64,000 bases of DNA from Phoronis australis (lineage: Eukaryota; Animalia; Phoronida): positions 1,619,177 to 1,683,176 of the forward strand of contig NMRA01000024.1 in the NCBI GenBank assembly GCA_002633005.1, read 5' to 3'. The notes below the pieces were generated by a model, which saw only the letters and a list, made by a program, of their open reading frames with translations, did no database searches and was not told where the DNA came from. Positions 49,891-62,857 of this stretch are shown in pieces. The translations under genes were made by a program, and so were the position numbers. Position 1 is the stretch's first letter. Every line of letters begins with the position of its first letter.

Positions 49891-49960
49891 CATGGGCGGC
49901 ACACCATAGGGGGCTGCGGGGGCTATAGCCCCCACTTTTTTCAGTGCTGCGCCGCCCATG
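49891..49960. mobile_element. 70-bp miniature inverted-repeat element
   Basis: TIR CATGGGCGGC/GCCGCCCATG; flanking ACCAA duplicated (49886-90, 49961-65). Related copy at ~22128-22196. Confidence 0.75.
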
Positions 49961-52900
49961 ACCAACAGTGACTGCAAGTACAACGAAATAGCCTCAAAGA
50001 AAGAGGATAGCTGGACACCACACTTTAAAAATTTCTAACCCTGCTGAGTGTACCTGGCCACTTATTATGGTAAAGTCTTTCCCATTTAGGACTCTACTTC
50101 ATTTCCCCATTTCTTTAAAAAAAAGTTATGTAGCACAAAACAAACCCTTGTCCAGGTTTAAACTCTGCATTATAGCTACCATAACAGTGATAAAACCCAC
50201 TGAAAAGTAACAACCGGACAATTATGGTGATAAGTTTTGCCGAAACATTGTGCTGATTACTAGATTTCTGAAGTTTAAAAATTTTCACATTTTTTATTGA
50301 AGAAGGGAAGAGTTACGGGGTTGTAAAGTTGTACACCCCCTCAAGTAATCCATTGAGGCCCAGTTTTGGATCTAGCACAGTTATTCAAACCCAATCCAGA
50401 GGATAATATAACCCGATAATATAACCTGATAATGATTATCATGCATGTGGTACTTAACGAGAATTCATCAGAAATGATAATCTATAAACATAAATAATGC
50501 ATAACTCTTGAAACTGAAGGTCAGCACCTCATCACCACTCTAGACACGGAAGTAAATTTAAACCACTCGCTGGTTCCCTGAGTGCTGCTAGGTGGTCAGT
50601 AGCTAACCTGCAGGTATCACTTAATTTTCGGGAATTTTTTTACACCGGCATTTCTGATTGGCAAGTCGAATTGTCAACAGGCAACGCTTCACGCAAACAA
50701 CCTGGCATGACTGATGGACTGAAGTGTAAATGTGGTCTGTTGTACAGACAAATGGGTGCTTAAAATTTGTGTTCAGGAAATGTGAATCCTAGAAATTGTG
50801 GTTGCGCCTTTTTGGAGTGCACCTTTCTACTGTTGATGACTATACCGTTAAATTGGCCAGATATGTGTTTATTGAACATGTATGTGCTCCAAGCACGCGG
50901 CTATTAAACATCACTGCAGAAACGAAATAGTTGCCCCACCACCTGCATGACAAGGTTAAAAATTGTTCACACTCCACCATTTTTTCACGGAGTTGTAAAG
51001 CTAACCAATGACTGCTGAGGTTACACCAACCATTGCTAATGCGCGTGCCACTGCCTGATACCTGCATTCTGGCTAGGCACCTAGGCAACCAGCGAGATTT
51101 AAACCAAAGCATGCCTTAAAGTACCCTTTGACACAGCGCCACCTATACTGAAAAGTGGCACTGTGGAAACATGATGAACGACACACGGAATTCCGTGTGT
51201 GGACATCAATGCGCATGCTTGGTCAGAAGTTTATCGATCACATCGCCACCACTTCCACACGCCTTCAATGCACTGTACTTGTTTGGACTTAGCCTCGGGA
51301 TCGGGGTTCCCTTGATTTTTGTTTACTACGATCACTGCCCGTTTTAATAAATTGCAACTATTCAAGTCAAAGGTAGTCGCCATACTATGTAACAGTAAAC
51401 TGACAGGGGTTTCCCACATTTCAACCAATGTGAATGACTGAATGTTATGACGTCAGTTTCATTACTTTAACCAATGAGAAGCCATGATAAAGAACATTCC
51501 ACAGTGCTACCTTTCGTAGCACTGTGAAAGATTGTAGCTTTGAACCTCCATGCAGTGCAATCTTTGAATACCGCTGTTTTGCTTGAAATTTGGGGGGGAA
51601 CCCTTAATGTTCTAATACAGTGAGCATAGAACTCTAGCCCTGGAATACCAACTCCCGCAGGTGACCTTTGTATTGTATTGTATTGTATTGTTAGAGCTTA
51701 CAACCCTGATACTAGCCCCGAGAGTTTGCACTGAGAATTTCCGGCTGCCTACTCGACTACATCGTAAGTTTTGATCGAGAGTTGAAGTTATCAAATCAAA
51801 CCAAATTTCAGTGCTTCATTTTCAGTTTGTTATTACTGTTCATCCCGCAATACTCTTGAGTTACAGTTCCATGTAATGAGGGATTTCTAGTCGGCAAAAT
51901 TAGTCCACAAACCCGACAATTACACTGGTCATTTTTATAACCAACCACCTGTGGCTGTGGGCCTGGGTGGATGGCGAGAGTAGTTTGGCCTCTGGTATCT
52001 TTTCGGCTCCAGTCATAGAACGACTTTCGATAACCCATCATACTGCATGCTAGGAGTTTTTCAACCAGACATTTTTGGGTATTAAAATCACGTTACAGTA
52101 TTTTACAGAAAGAAGTTACATTGGGCCTAAATGAAAAGTTTAGACCCTAAAAACAGGTGTGTTTACCTTACTTTGTCATCAGTAGTACTTACATAAATAA
52201 CAACTGTTATCTGTAGCATTTACCGGTACCTACACCCGTGAAATAAAATTTAAAAAATGAAAAGTTTACCTTGTAAAAGAATGAAATCCAATACAGCCTA
52301 CAGTGTATATACCAATTACCCCGCTCTTGGCGGGCTGTCCCACTTTTTACTTTCCAAAACACTAGTTTGCCTCTATTTTTAATTTTTTGTTTTTTCTTTT
52401 GTTTGTTCGCACTCTTCAGGACGCATTTTTTGTCCGATAAGCACGAAATTCACAAATAAAGTATAGTTCCAAAGGAGCTAGAACGCCGTTTGTTTTTAGT
52501 CATGATCGGATTCAAGATGGCGGACGTGGTGGCCATATTCTTTTCAAATTAAGATTCAAATGCTCATAGAAGCCCCAATTTGTGACGTAGACGGTTGAAA
52601 ATCCGTACAGTCATTGTTGCAGACATGCACTACAATTGAGCCAGAAATCTTCACTTCCAGTTAAAGATGGCAGAAATATTGGCCATTGCGCATGTACACC
52701 TCAATTTTAGGACGAAAACATATTGTGCAGTAGAAGGCGCATTGTAGGACCAACTGTTTCAAAATTTTTCATGTGTTAGTTTCCAGTAGCTAGTATTATA
52801 GAGGGCTGATCAACTGGAAGTTGTTTCCAAAATGGCACATCTGATGCACTTTCATCAATTTTAAATCGGGCTGGGTTGCTATTTTGAACAGGAGAAGAAA

Positions 52901-54988
52901 ATGACGTGCATGTGCATTCACTAAGGTAGGCCAATACTCTTTCAAATGAACTGTAACAATTTTTTCTCAGTTATTTGACATTCAATTTCAAAAAATGTAA
53001 ACATTTGAAAATTTTAGAAAAAATGTGGAATTTTGAGAAACTAATGCGTTAGATAGAGTTTCAAACGGGCTTTCAGAATCAGAAGATGTTTCTCATTTTT
53101 CACAAAGATGTCTCATTTTTTACTTATCCCGGATTTTCCGATGATGCTGTTCCTTTGTTGATTGAATTTTACTGCACTTTTGTTGGCTTACCTTCCATTA
53201 AACAAGACTAATTTCTAAATCATTTCTGAAATCATCACTCGTCATATGATTGTGAACATCATCATCAATGTCATCATCATTTCCGCTGTCGTCTTTTCCA
53301 CCAATTTTTGCCAAGTGTCGCTCTTCCAAGCACTCTCATTTGAGTTTTTTCCTTCATCCCGCCACACCATCTAAATGTCCCGCTTATTAACGTGCAGCCA
53401 AATTGACATATTACTATTGTAATTTCCCACGCGACGGCCATATTTTCCAGCTTGACTAAAAAGAAAAAATGGGAAGTTTCATAGATTTTTGCAACACCCA
53501 CAATTTCCCATTCAACCATAAAATATAAAACAACAAAAAAGTCTTCGGACATTTTTGGGTGATACATCTCCCGCTTGACAAAATACTGATGATACATCTT
53601 TGTGTGCTGTAGTGAACATTTCACACTTAAGTTTTGGCTCAGACCTGAATTTTTTCAAAGGTCCAATTAATCATAATATATAAATATGTATAATTTTGAA
53701 TGAATGCCTGACTGAATTATCCACACCAAGTGTGAGGGATCCATATTTTAAAACCTTTCTCTTTATACGGTAGGATTCTTTTAAATCACTAAAATTATTT
53801 CCCTAATGGCTTTACTGGTTATTTATATATTAACCTCTTTGGTTCATTTCCCTTTTTACGTTACTATTGCACGCTGTTATTTTTCGTATTTTGGTAACAC
53901 TCTTGGTTTTTAGAATTAAAAAATATTTTAAACCAATTAGGTATACGCAATGATAATTACTTACAAATTAATTTATTTCTCTTTTGCTACTAATATAATC
54001 ATTAAGAACTGTCAAAGGACTTTCTGGTGATGTGGCTCTAATGCAATTCCGTTGAAAAATGGTGGAGTTGCGAAACGCTTTAATGACAGTAAATTCCTTA
54101 GCAAGTGCACATGCACGAACAAACGAATGCAAACAACTCTCACGCATGCGCGGCACAACCTCAGCGGCCATGAGATTGGAGTTGGCATTCCAGGGCTAGA
54201 GTTCTATGCAGTGAGTAACTACATATATTTATACATGACCAAACCACAGACTATTACAGTAAAAAAATCTTCTATTTGAGACAACGATAATTGCTAAAAT
54301 TGCCATATTTCTATTTTTCAGAGGCTTACTACATTGTTGCAACATTGTTGCAAATGCACAAAATTACACCCAATGTTGTTTAGTAATAGCTAAGCCATAT
54401 ACAAACCATGGTGAAATCAAAATAAATTGTCAAGAGAAGTTATATTAGTTAAGCAATTTCACTTGTCTGCCATACTGTGTACCAAACTGAACAATTTCTA
54501 CCATGTTGTGTCATTTCATCACTGCTAACTATAACTTCCAGCTGGAAATTTCCAATTAAGGCTTTATCCAATTTAGACTAAGGTCAACTCACAAGACCGA
54601 AGTTGAGTTATGGCACCAGTTCATCAAGATACCTCCATTAAAATTGAACTTTGAACTTGCACAGTTTGCAGGTGTGGTATGGACAAAATTAAAGCAGAAG
54701 TCAACAGTAACAGTCTGGCTGGTGCATTAACTTCAAAATTCACAAACTTTAAAATGCTTGCTTGGAAACAAGTGCTACTGAACTCTGATGAAATGCAACA
54801 AAGAATATACCAGTGTTGTGATGCAAACCTCTTTTTCAAAATCTCGATACGCACCTAAAAATGCTGGAGAGTTTCACCAGTTGTTGGCCGATGCCAGTGA
54901 AATTTGCCTCCTAATGCTGGGGATTTCGTCTAATGGAAATCTTCCCCAAAGCGGCGTTAGCATTATTCAAATGTATTAATGGACGCTG

Positions 54989-55156
54989 GTGGGCTTATAA
55001 ACAACTCATGACACTGCAATTACTTGCTGTCATGTAAACTTGTTGTGGGCTTATAAACAACTCATGACACTGCAATTACTTGCTGTCGTGTAAACTTGTT
55101 GTGGGCTTATAAACAACTCATGACACTACAATTACTTGCTGTCGTGTAAACTTGTT
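54989..55156. repeat. 56-bp tandem repeat x3
   Basis: gtgggcttataaac at 54989, 55045 and 55101. Confidence 0.92.
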
Positions 55157-57400
55157 CAACTTTGCATATAAGGTGTTTAACTTCAGGGGCCTCAAAAATC
55201 TTTCACAAGATCAATCAATTAATTCAATGCACTTAGAGCCTCATATTCACTTCCTCTATTGTTGTATGATTAGATGCTGAAGTCGTGCATGCACTAAAAT
55301 CTTATTCCAGTGGGTCTCAGCTTTCAACTCCAGCACGCACAAGTAACAACTCTTTGCTTTCCATCATATTGAGCCGACAGCTGTCCCACAATGCATTTGA
55401 AAAACGACAGCAGCACCACTAACAGAGGCTGTTTCCAAATGAAACTCCAAGAATTATTATTGGCAGGAAATATGAGAGAACATAATTTCAGTGTTCTAAT
55501 TAAATACTGAAGCTTCATCACAGACACAATGGGATCACAAAGTCGTTTGGCTGAATATTCTTCCAGGGAGGTCTATATTTGAGTCCCTCCTACCACCAAG
55601 AGCACTCAATATAACCCATTAGGTCATACCTGGTTATAGGCTAGGAGTCATTCTATAACATTTAACACCCTGGCACACCATTAGCCATTGTCAGATTGTC
55701 AGACATTTAATTCCAGGTAGCGACAGGGTGTCTATTCAGTGTGTCACAATCGACAATGCCAGCGATGAAATTCCATCACAGGTAAATGACAGCAGGTATC
55801 AAGAGGAGCTTAATAACTCAGCCAGTAAAAGTCTACTGCCATAGACTACACTATTCAAATTATTGAAGGCACTGAGCCATGGCCTGAACAAATCTCCACC
55901 TGACTTATTGAATAAACATTCAAGCTTGGGCCAGGTGCAGAAGAAAAGCTTGCCAGCTGCCTCAAATGAAAGTTAGCCAACTTCTCCCCTGAACAAAAGT
56001 TAGGATTTTCTTCTCATGAGGTAGCCAAATATTCCACTTGTTTGATTTTTCAACTCACAAGAACAAATCCTCACAACTGGCCATCAAAATTCAACCATTC
56101 GCTCACACTACATCAAAGAAGGTCCATTGCGGGTAACCGTGAACTTTAAGCTTTCTTGTATTTGACCCAGCTAGCTTGGCTTGAGGCTCTTCACAAGCAT
56201 CAAGCCTATGTCATTTTAAACAATGATGAGTTCTCCCCAAATGTACTCGAACAAACAGTGAGGGCTGGTCTGTTAGAAAAATCGTGAACCTCCAAGGCGT
56301 GTGCAGAAATCTTGAGCCATGTTTTAAAAGCCCTGAACTATGTTTAAAATAGAGTAAGCCATGTTTAAGGGGTTTTCTGTTGTGCACATTGCAAGCGAAG
56401 AAAAATGATTGAAACACTGTTGCCTAATAGTGCTTATGTTCATGAAGTGACATGCTTGCAAAGTCGAGCTATGGGTTATTATGGCCACTGAAGTGAGTTT
56501 GCACGAAGGGGAATTACGATGCTCTGTTTCAGCAACGTACGGACGTTTGAGAAGGGAGAACCCTGCGATGTCAACAAATGTTGGCAAACACAAGAGTCCA
56601 CTACTAACGCTGTTTATTTCCAGGGTTTTTTAATAACATCAATGTGAACGAGAGAGTTGAACCCACCAAGACGGAGATAAAACCTAACTCAGTGACCACT
56701 TGCAAGGAGTTGTATGCACTTACTTTTAGGACGATAGTCGTTGTAGTCCCTCCGTGGAAAGGTTCCCGCCATTTAGCTAGAAGCTGCGCCCTCTTTTATC
56801 ATTGGCTACAAAACACATATTGACATGGAGTAAATTAATTACGTAGAACTGGACGACAATGTAGATGTGACATTGAGTCAAATATAACAGGAATCCTTAC
56901 AAACATAAGACCAATATGGTATAAATCCTCTAGTTTGGAACAGAGAAAATTTTTTGTTTTTTTCTGCTCAATACAAGAACTGGAACCAAATTTTACATTT
57001 AGGCAATATTGGTTGTCCCAAATTTAAGAATTATGATCAACAAACAATCACTCGCCTCGATGTTACACAATATGAAACATTGCGTCGGCAGCTATTTTCA
57101 CCACTATTATGAACTGTCAAGTCTACTTTCGGACACAGATGATACCACACAAAGTGTCCGACATTTGAGAAATATAATGAACGCCAAAACCCCACAAGTC
57201 ACAATATGCGTAATGAAGAAAATTCAACTTTGGATTGAATCTAAATACCCCAAATTTCAGAGGCTGTTCCAAACTGAAGAAATTTTACCATAACTCCACC
57301 TAGTGTCTGAACATTGCATCAGCAACTTGATTCCCAGCTTATAAACAGCAGTATTACTTTGATTGCTTTACCTTAAATGTTGCCTGTGCAGGCCAACCTA

Positions 57401-57565
57401 CTGAGTTATATATATATATATATATTCAATTAACATGGGATGTTATATAACACATGAAACACAATCAAGATCACTACAATCTGAGTTATATATATATATA
57501 TGTATTCAATTAACATGGGATGTTATATAACGCATGAAAAACAATCAAGATCACTACAATCTGAG
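57401..57565. repeat. 80-bp tandem duplication containing (TA)n
   Basis: ctgagttatata at 57401 and 57481. Confidence 0.9.
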
Positions 57566-58544
57566 CTCATGTTCCTCTTCTCACCTACAAGGAATTACTA
57601 ATGCTTCACAGATACTAGCCTAAACTGGTACTCATTTCCATTCATAACGCTACTGGAAGACAGTCTCAGCTGGGTACTATGCACCTGTGGATAACATAAA
57701 ATCTGGCCAATTTAGGACACAATATAGACAGCGGACAAGTGAAATACTATTGTCTCACTTCTCCATAAAAGATATGTTGTACAACATAATGGTTTTCCAT
57801 ACATTTTCAGGTTTTGTATCATACCATAGCTCCGGTAAACAGCAATGGTCGGATATAAAGTGCCTGCAATCTGAGAACCAGTTTTCCCCACTGAATAACA
57901 GGCATCAAACTGGTTCTCAAAATATGGGCACGTTATATCTGACTATTGCTCAGGTCAGCTACCACCAGAGACTATTTTGATAAACTGTGGGTGCTTATGC
58001 TTATAGCAATGCTAGAACCCCTTGAAAAATGAAACAGCAATTTTTGCAATTATCTTCATCAGAAATTGTGAGATTTTATGACAGGATCAGTTTGCTAATG
58101 ACAACAGACCCCACAAATATGACAACCGAGTTGATGTTGACTGATGAGAGGGACTAGACATTGAAACCAATTAATGTACAATCAATTAACAGCAAGACCA
58201 AAGTCATGACTTTTTAAAAGAAAATATTGCCAATTCACACTGGTGTGTTGCCCAGGCAACAGTATTTCGGGTGAAGTGAAAGTTCAAAAAATCTCAGCCC
58301 TTTCTAGAACTGCAAGCTTATGTCTCTGAATTTAGCTGCTTGGCACAAAAATAACTGTCGAAGTGATTTTCCTTTTTTCAAAGGCAGACTACATTTGGTG
58401 TACAACTCAGTATTTCATACTGTTTCACGATATCTAAATTTTTTTATAAATTTGAAAAAAGTTACCATTCCATCATATTTTACATAATGATCAATGTCAT
58501 TGTTCTATCCAGATACCATGGTTAGTAGAAAGCAATCGCATTTT

Positions 58545-58710
58545 AGCAGCACCAGCACCACTATCACCAGCACCACTATCACCAGCACCACTATCACCAG
58601 CACTACTATCACCAGCAAAATCACCAGTACCACTATCACCAGCACCAATATCACCACCACTATCACCACTTCTATGACCACCACAATTATCACCACCACA
58701 ATTGTCACCA
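58545..58710. repeat. 15-bp (ACCAGCACCACTATC) minisatellite
   Basis: Direct sequence; degenerates toward the 3' end. Confidence 0.85.
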
Positions 58711-61700
58711 ACAAGCTTCACAGAAGAACCTGCATCAAACACTGAGAGCTCAGGCCTCCAGAGTTCCAGACTCCACCATAATGAACACCAGGTGCCAGTG
58801 CTGCTGTACGGAGGATTCATATACAAACCCTGGGATATTGCAGAAGTCCCATGGCGAATTGTTTATAGCTAAGCTCTGTGTAATTTAAACAGGTCAATTC
58901 AATTATTCAGTAGTTATTCCTATAACCAATTCGGGCCTTCTGTCACCAAAGATTCATTGCCTATGGCAAAATTTCACCAATTTAGGACATACCATGCAGA
59001 AGAATGGACTTTGGTTCTTCATATTTTCTTCACAGTAATATCATCATTAAAAATAAATGCTGATCACTATTAAAGACATAGTTTTACAGCAAAACAACTA
59101 TAACTACCAATGTTCAGCACAGTTGTGGCTATTCAAAACATAATCAGGCTTGGAAACATGAAAAAGGACAATTTTAGCAATTATTTTTGTCTGAAACTGT
59201 TGAGGTTGTACAATATTCAGCCAAAGAACCAAAGGTAGTCTTAAATGACACAATGGGAAATCTTTTGACATTTGAGGCAAGAACATTTTGTAACAGATAA
59301 TGAACATTCCTTGCCAAATCCCATGCAGGTGTGGCTATTCTGAATTTTGGAACAAATTGTTTAAATTTTACCCGCAAAACGTTTGGTTGTTACAATAAAA
59401 AAATGAACTTGTAATCTAGCCATATAAAAAAACATGTGCAGTGCTTTGCTACCAAATTTTGAAGATCAATCTAACCACATTATAACATAATTACTAGTAC
59501 TAGGTTGTTTGTGGTTTGACCCCGACAATCTTTTCAGTATTCAGTTTACAGGAAGTCATTTTTCAGGTTTATATCGTACAGTTCATTCAGCAATGACTGG
59601 TCGGTGCAGTTTGTCTCATGAATTGAAGAATTTTTAAAGAACTATTGAGAGTAATTCAAGGCAAACTCAATGTGAACTCAAGATCATCTTGGTGTGCATT
59701 AACTCCAACTCCCTTTCGTACTTAGGAAAATCTTTAAAAAGAGGTTTCAATCAAATTGGCAAAATTAATGTTATATACATTTTCAATAAATACAATGTAT
59801 AAAATATAAATTAAGAATAACAGCTGTTATTCATTTCAAAAATGTTTTCGGGAATAAAATATGAAAATTGAAATAGCATAAACTCAGACTTTCAACTATT
59901 TTGAAGGCTAAATGCTGAAATTCAGGAGTGTATGAATCATGCTTAGACTGGAAGCATTATTTACAGATGTTTGAAGTTGAAAAAAGAAAAGCATTAAGTT
60001 TGTATAACTCATACTTTTATGAAAAACAAGAAAACAAAATTTCAATTCTTTGCAAGTTACAGATTGGTAAGATTGAATGTAGGAAGCCAGCTAGCTAACA
60101 TTGTATGACTGAACATCAAGAAATAGTTAGGAATCAATGTGAGTAATAAGTAGGCAATTTAAGCAAAGCTTACTTTAGAATTCCACTCAACCTCCATTTG
60201 CAATTCTCCCACAATGAAGCAAACATCAAATTGTAGCACAGTCAAATGTGCGTAAGTTCGCATTTGGGCAATTAAATGAGAAGGACTGCAAATAAGTTTG
60301 ATTGCGGAAGTATTTGTTCCAGTTGGAAGGAATTAAAGGCATCAATGGCCTCCTAAGGTGACCCTCTGTGCACAAAAGGTACTTATAGCAACTTGACTTT
60401 GATGTTTTAATCAGTGTGAGGTACAATTTGCAGAAAAGCTCCTGGCTCCATCGTATATCTAACAAAAAGTTACAAATTTCAAAATACAGGAAATAGAATC
60501 AAATGAAACATGCACATATGCACATGGAGTTATAATTAAGACATACCATAAGTCTGGAGACTATTCAGTCAAGAAAATTTGAACAAATCGACGAAAATCT
60601 GTCACGGTTTGCTCGAGTTTCTCTTACCAGGTGCCATTTTGAGGAAGATACATGAAATCACGCATGTTTAGGTATACAAATCTTAAAAACTTCTCCTGAT
60701 ACCTTCTCATGCTATTTTGCAAGTGTCACATAACAGCGTCACGCACTTCGCTCAGTCTCGCGCTAGCCTTTGCCTAACTCACGTGACTTAGTTGAAATAC
60801 TTTGTGATTATTGCGCGCGTGGTGAAAAAGTTAACGGTGACCAAAAAAGTGGAGTTGGAATTCTTCACCAAAGTTACCATAATTCTCTTAACTATGCTTC
60901 ATCAAAGTCAAAGATATGTGGAGAAGTAGAAAAGGCCACTGAAGAAAGTAAGTGCTTTTTTAAGTGATAGTTTAAGTGTGGAATGTATTTTTGACAAGGT
61001 GAAAATTCCTAATCGGTGGCCGGATTTGGCCAACTGCCCGTTTAAAATACACAGGATGAAATTCGTACAGAAAGCGATGGGGAGTATAGCAGCCCCTAAG
61101 TTCCTAACCGGCCAACCGAGCCCGAGAGGCTACGTGTTGCCTATACTGCCACTGGGACCACATATTGATGATAGTCACTGTCATCAATTTTTAGTTCAAT
61201 ATTTATTCGGCCACATTTTTACCCACATCGGTCCAAAGCTGTATAATGATATAGCTGTGTAACAAGGGGATAAAACCACGGGGACATGGGACATCGACCT
61301 TGTCCCTCGGCCTCAGAATGTCTTAATTAATTAATTAGTAGGCCTACTGACCAGCGGCCTCAACTGGCTGTGACTATGTTGTCAGAGACACCAGAGTTGG
61401 TTGGAACGCAAGACCTTTTGACAAAGTAAGCACGTATTAATTACTACATCGGTTTAATACAAACCTTCAACATATTGACAAATCCGACTGTGTATCGTCG
61501 TGAACGGCGAGAACTCTCTTAAGTTTACAACTTTCCACGAGAACTCACCAATACTTAAAAGAGCAGTTCATTTATTACAGGGGGTGTCAATTCTATGTCT
61601 GTAATATTTCAGTTGCTAAAACTTCAACAACGAAGAATTAAATGTTGTTTTCTTATGCATTTAAATACAAAAATGAATTTCACAAAGCATTTAAAGCGAT

Positions 61701-62320
61701 GAAATATTTCCGATGTATTATTGAGAATTTTAGGAAATCGATCTTCCCTACCAAATTCCATTGCCAAACGTTCAAACGTTCCCGTCGTGCACCTTGGTCG
61801 ATTCAGCATTATTTAGTGTTGAGCTAATGCCAATGAAAGAACTTTAAAAAAGTACAATTACTATCTAAGAGAGGCTTTTAAGTTGCTTTAAAATACATAA
61901 TCTGCTTTTTTGTTGACATTTTGTTTATTTTGAAGCGTTTGTGAGACTATATAACGATTTTATAATAAAAAATAAACCGCAGCGCTAGTGGCACTCCACC
62001 AAAATGGCATCTGACTTTCAGTGGGTTATCCAATTTCTCTGTTTTGTGTGGTCTGTCAACAGCGTTTCTTCATTTTTGGACATAGATGAACTCAAGGACA
62101 TCAACTATGGAATTTCCATTCTCAACACCCCCGTTTTAGTTACACAGGTTTGCTGAAATTATGGCTAATAGAGTTTGAATCTGACGAGTGACACTGCTCA
62201 GAGTCAGACTCAGAGTCAGAGTAGTCACTACACTATACTGCTGCAGCTCGGCAGCTGGGACTGACCTGTCACCTAGACAGTACCACCGCCTGAACTGGGC
62301 CAACGCATCTGGAACAGATG

Positions 62321-62857
62321 TGTTGTAGATGTGCATCCGGTGAATTATATGAGCCTCTGTTAGCTACTCGCTAACGGGCAATTGCCTATTAGCTGAATGG
62401 TTAGCACGCTTGCCGGTTTTATGGGGGTCGCTGGTTCGATTCCCGGCTCGGGTAATCTCGGCTATTACTACAAATGGCGTAGTCGGCAAATGGATGATCT
62501 ACCGATGAAGCACTGCCAACTAGTACCCACGGACCTCGGGACAGCGTGCGTGGAAGGTTCCAGGAGTCAAGGACCTGTATGAGAGACGACCTTGTGTTCA
62601 CCTGTGTTGTGGTGGTAAAGGTACCAAGGGACGTTGATGATCTGTATGCGAGACATCCTGGTGTTCACCTTCCTGTCGCGTGTCTGTTCCGTAGGAAAGG
62701 GGGGAAGTTGTATATGTGCTTCCGGTGAATTATATGAGCCTCTGTTAGCTACTTGCTAACGGGCAATTGCCTATGAGCTGAATGGTTAGCACGCTTGCCG
62801 GTTTTATGGGGGTCGCTGGTTCGATCCCCGGGTCTGGTAATCTTGGCTATTTCTACA
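62321..62857 (+). mobile_element. Complete TRIM (non-autonomous LTR retrotransposon) with a tRNA-like sequence in each LTR (Helenus-type)
   Basis: 152-bp LTRs 62321-62472 (TG...CA) and 62706-62857, about 10 mismatches by my count. PBS TGGCGTAGTCGGCA at 62475-88. PPT AGGAAAGGGGGGAA at 62693-706. 4-bp TSD GATG. No credible ORF. Confidence 0.92.
62384..62453 (+). promoter_or_regulatory. tRNA-derived Pol III cassette (A box and B box) in the 5' LTR; second copy ~62769-62838
   Basis: A box TAGCTGAATGG (62390-400) and B box GGTTCGATTCC (62433-43) at tRNA-like spacing. Confidence 0.8.

Noticed and set aside
58494-58826. Thr-rich mucin-like or Gly-rich ORFs
   Set aside because: Open in several frames because of a 15-bp minisatellite; no splice or homology support.
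43500-62300. Short ORFs across this ~19-kb stretch
   Set aside because: No recognisable domains or consistent exon chain; probably intergenic or a large intron. Small exons cannot be excluded by eye.
62384-62453. Possible tRNA genes (two copies)
   Set aside because: Acceptor and anticodon stems pair poorly and both copies sit inside LTRs; they are tRNA-derived, not functional tRNA genes.
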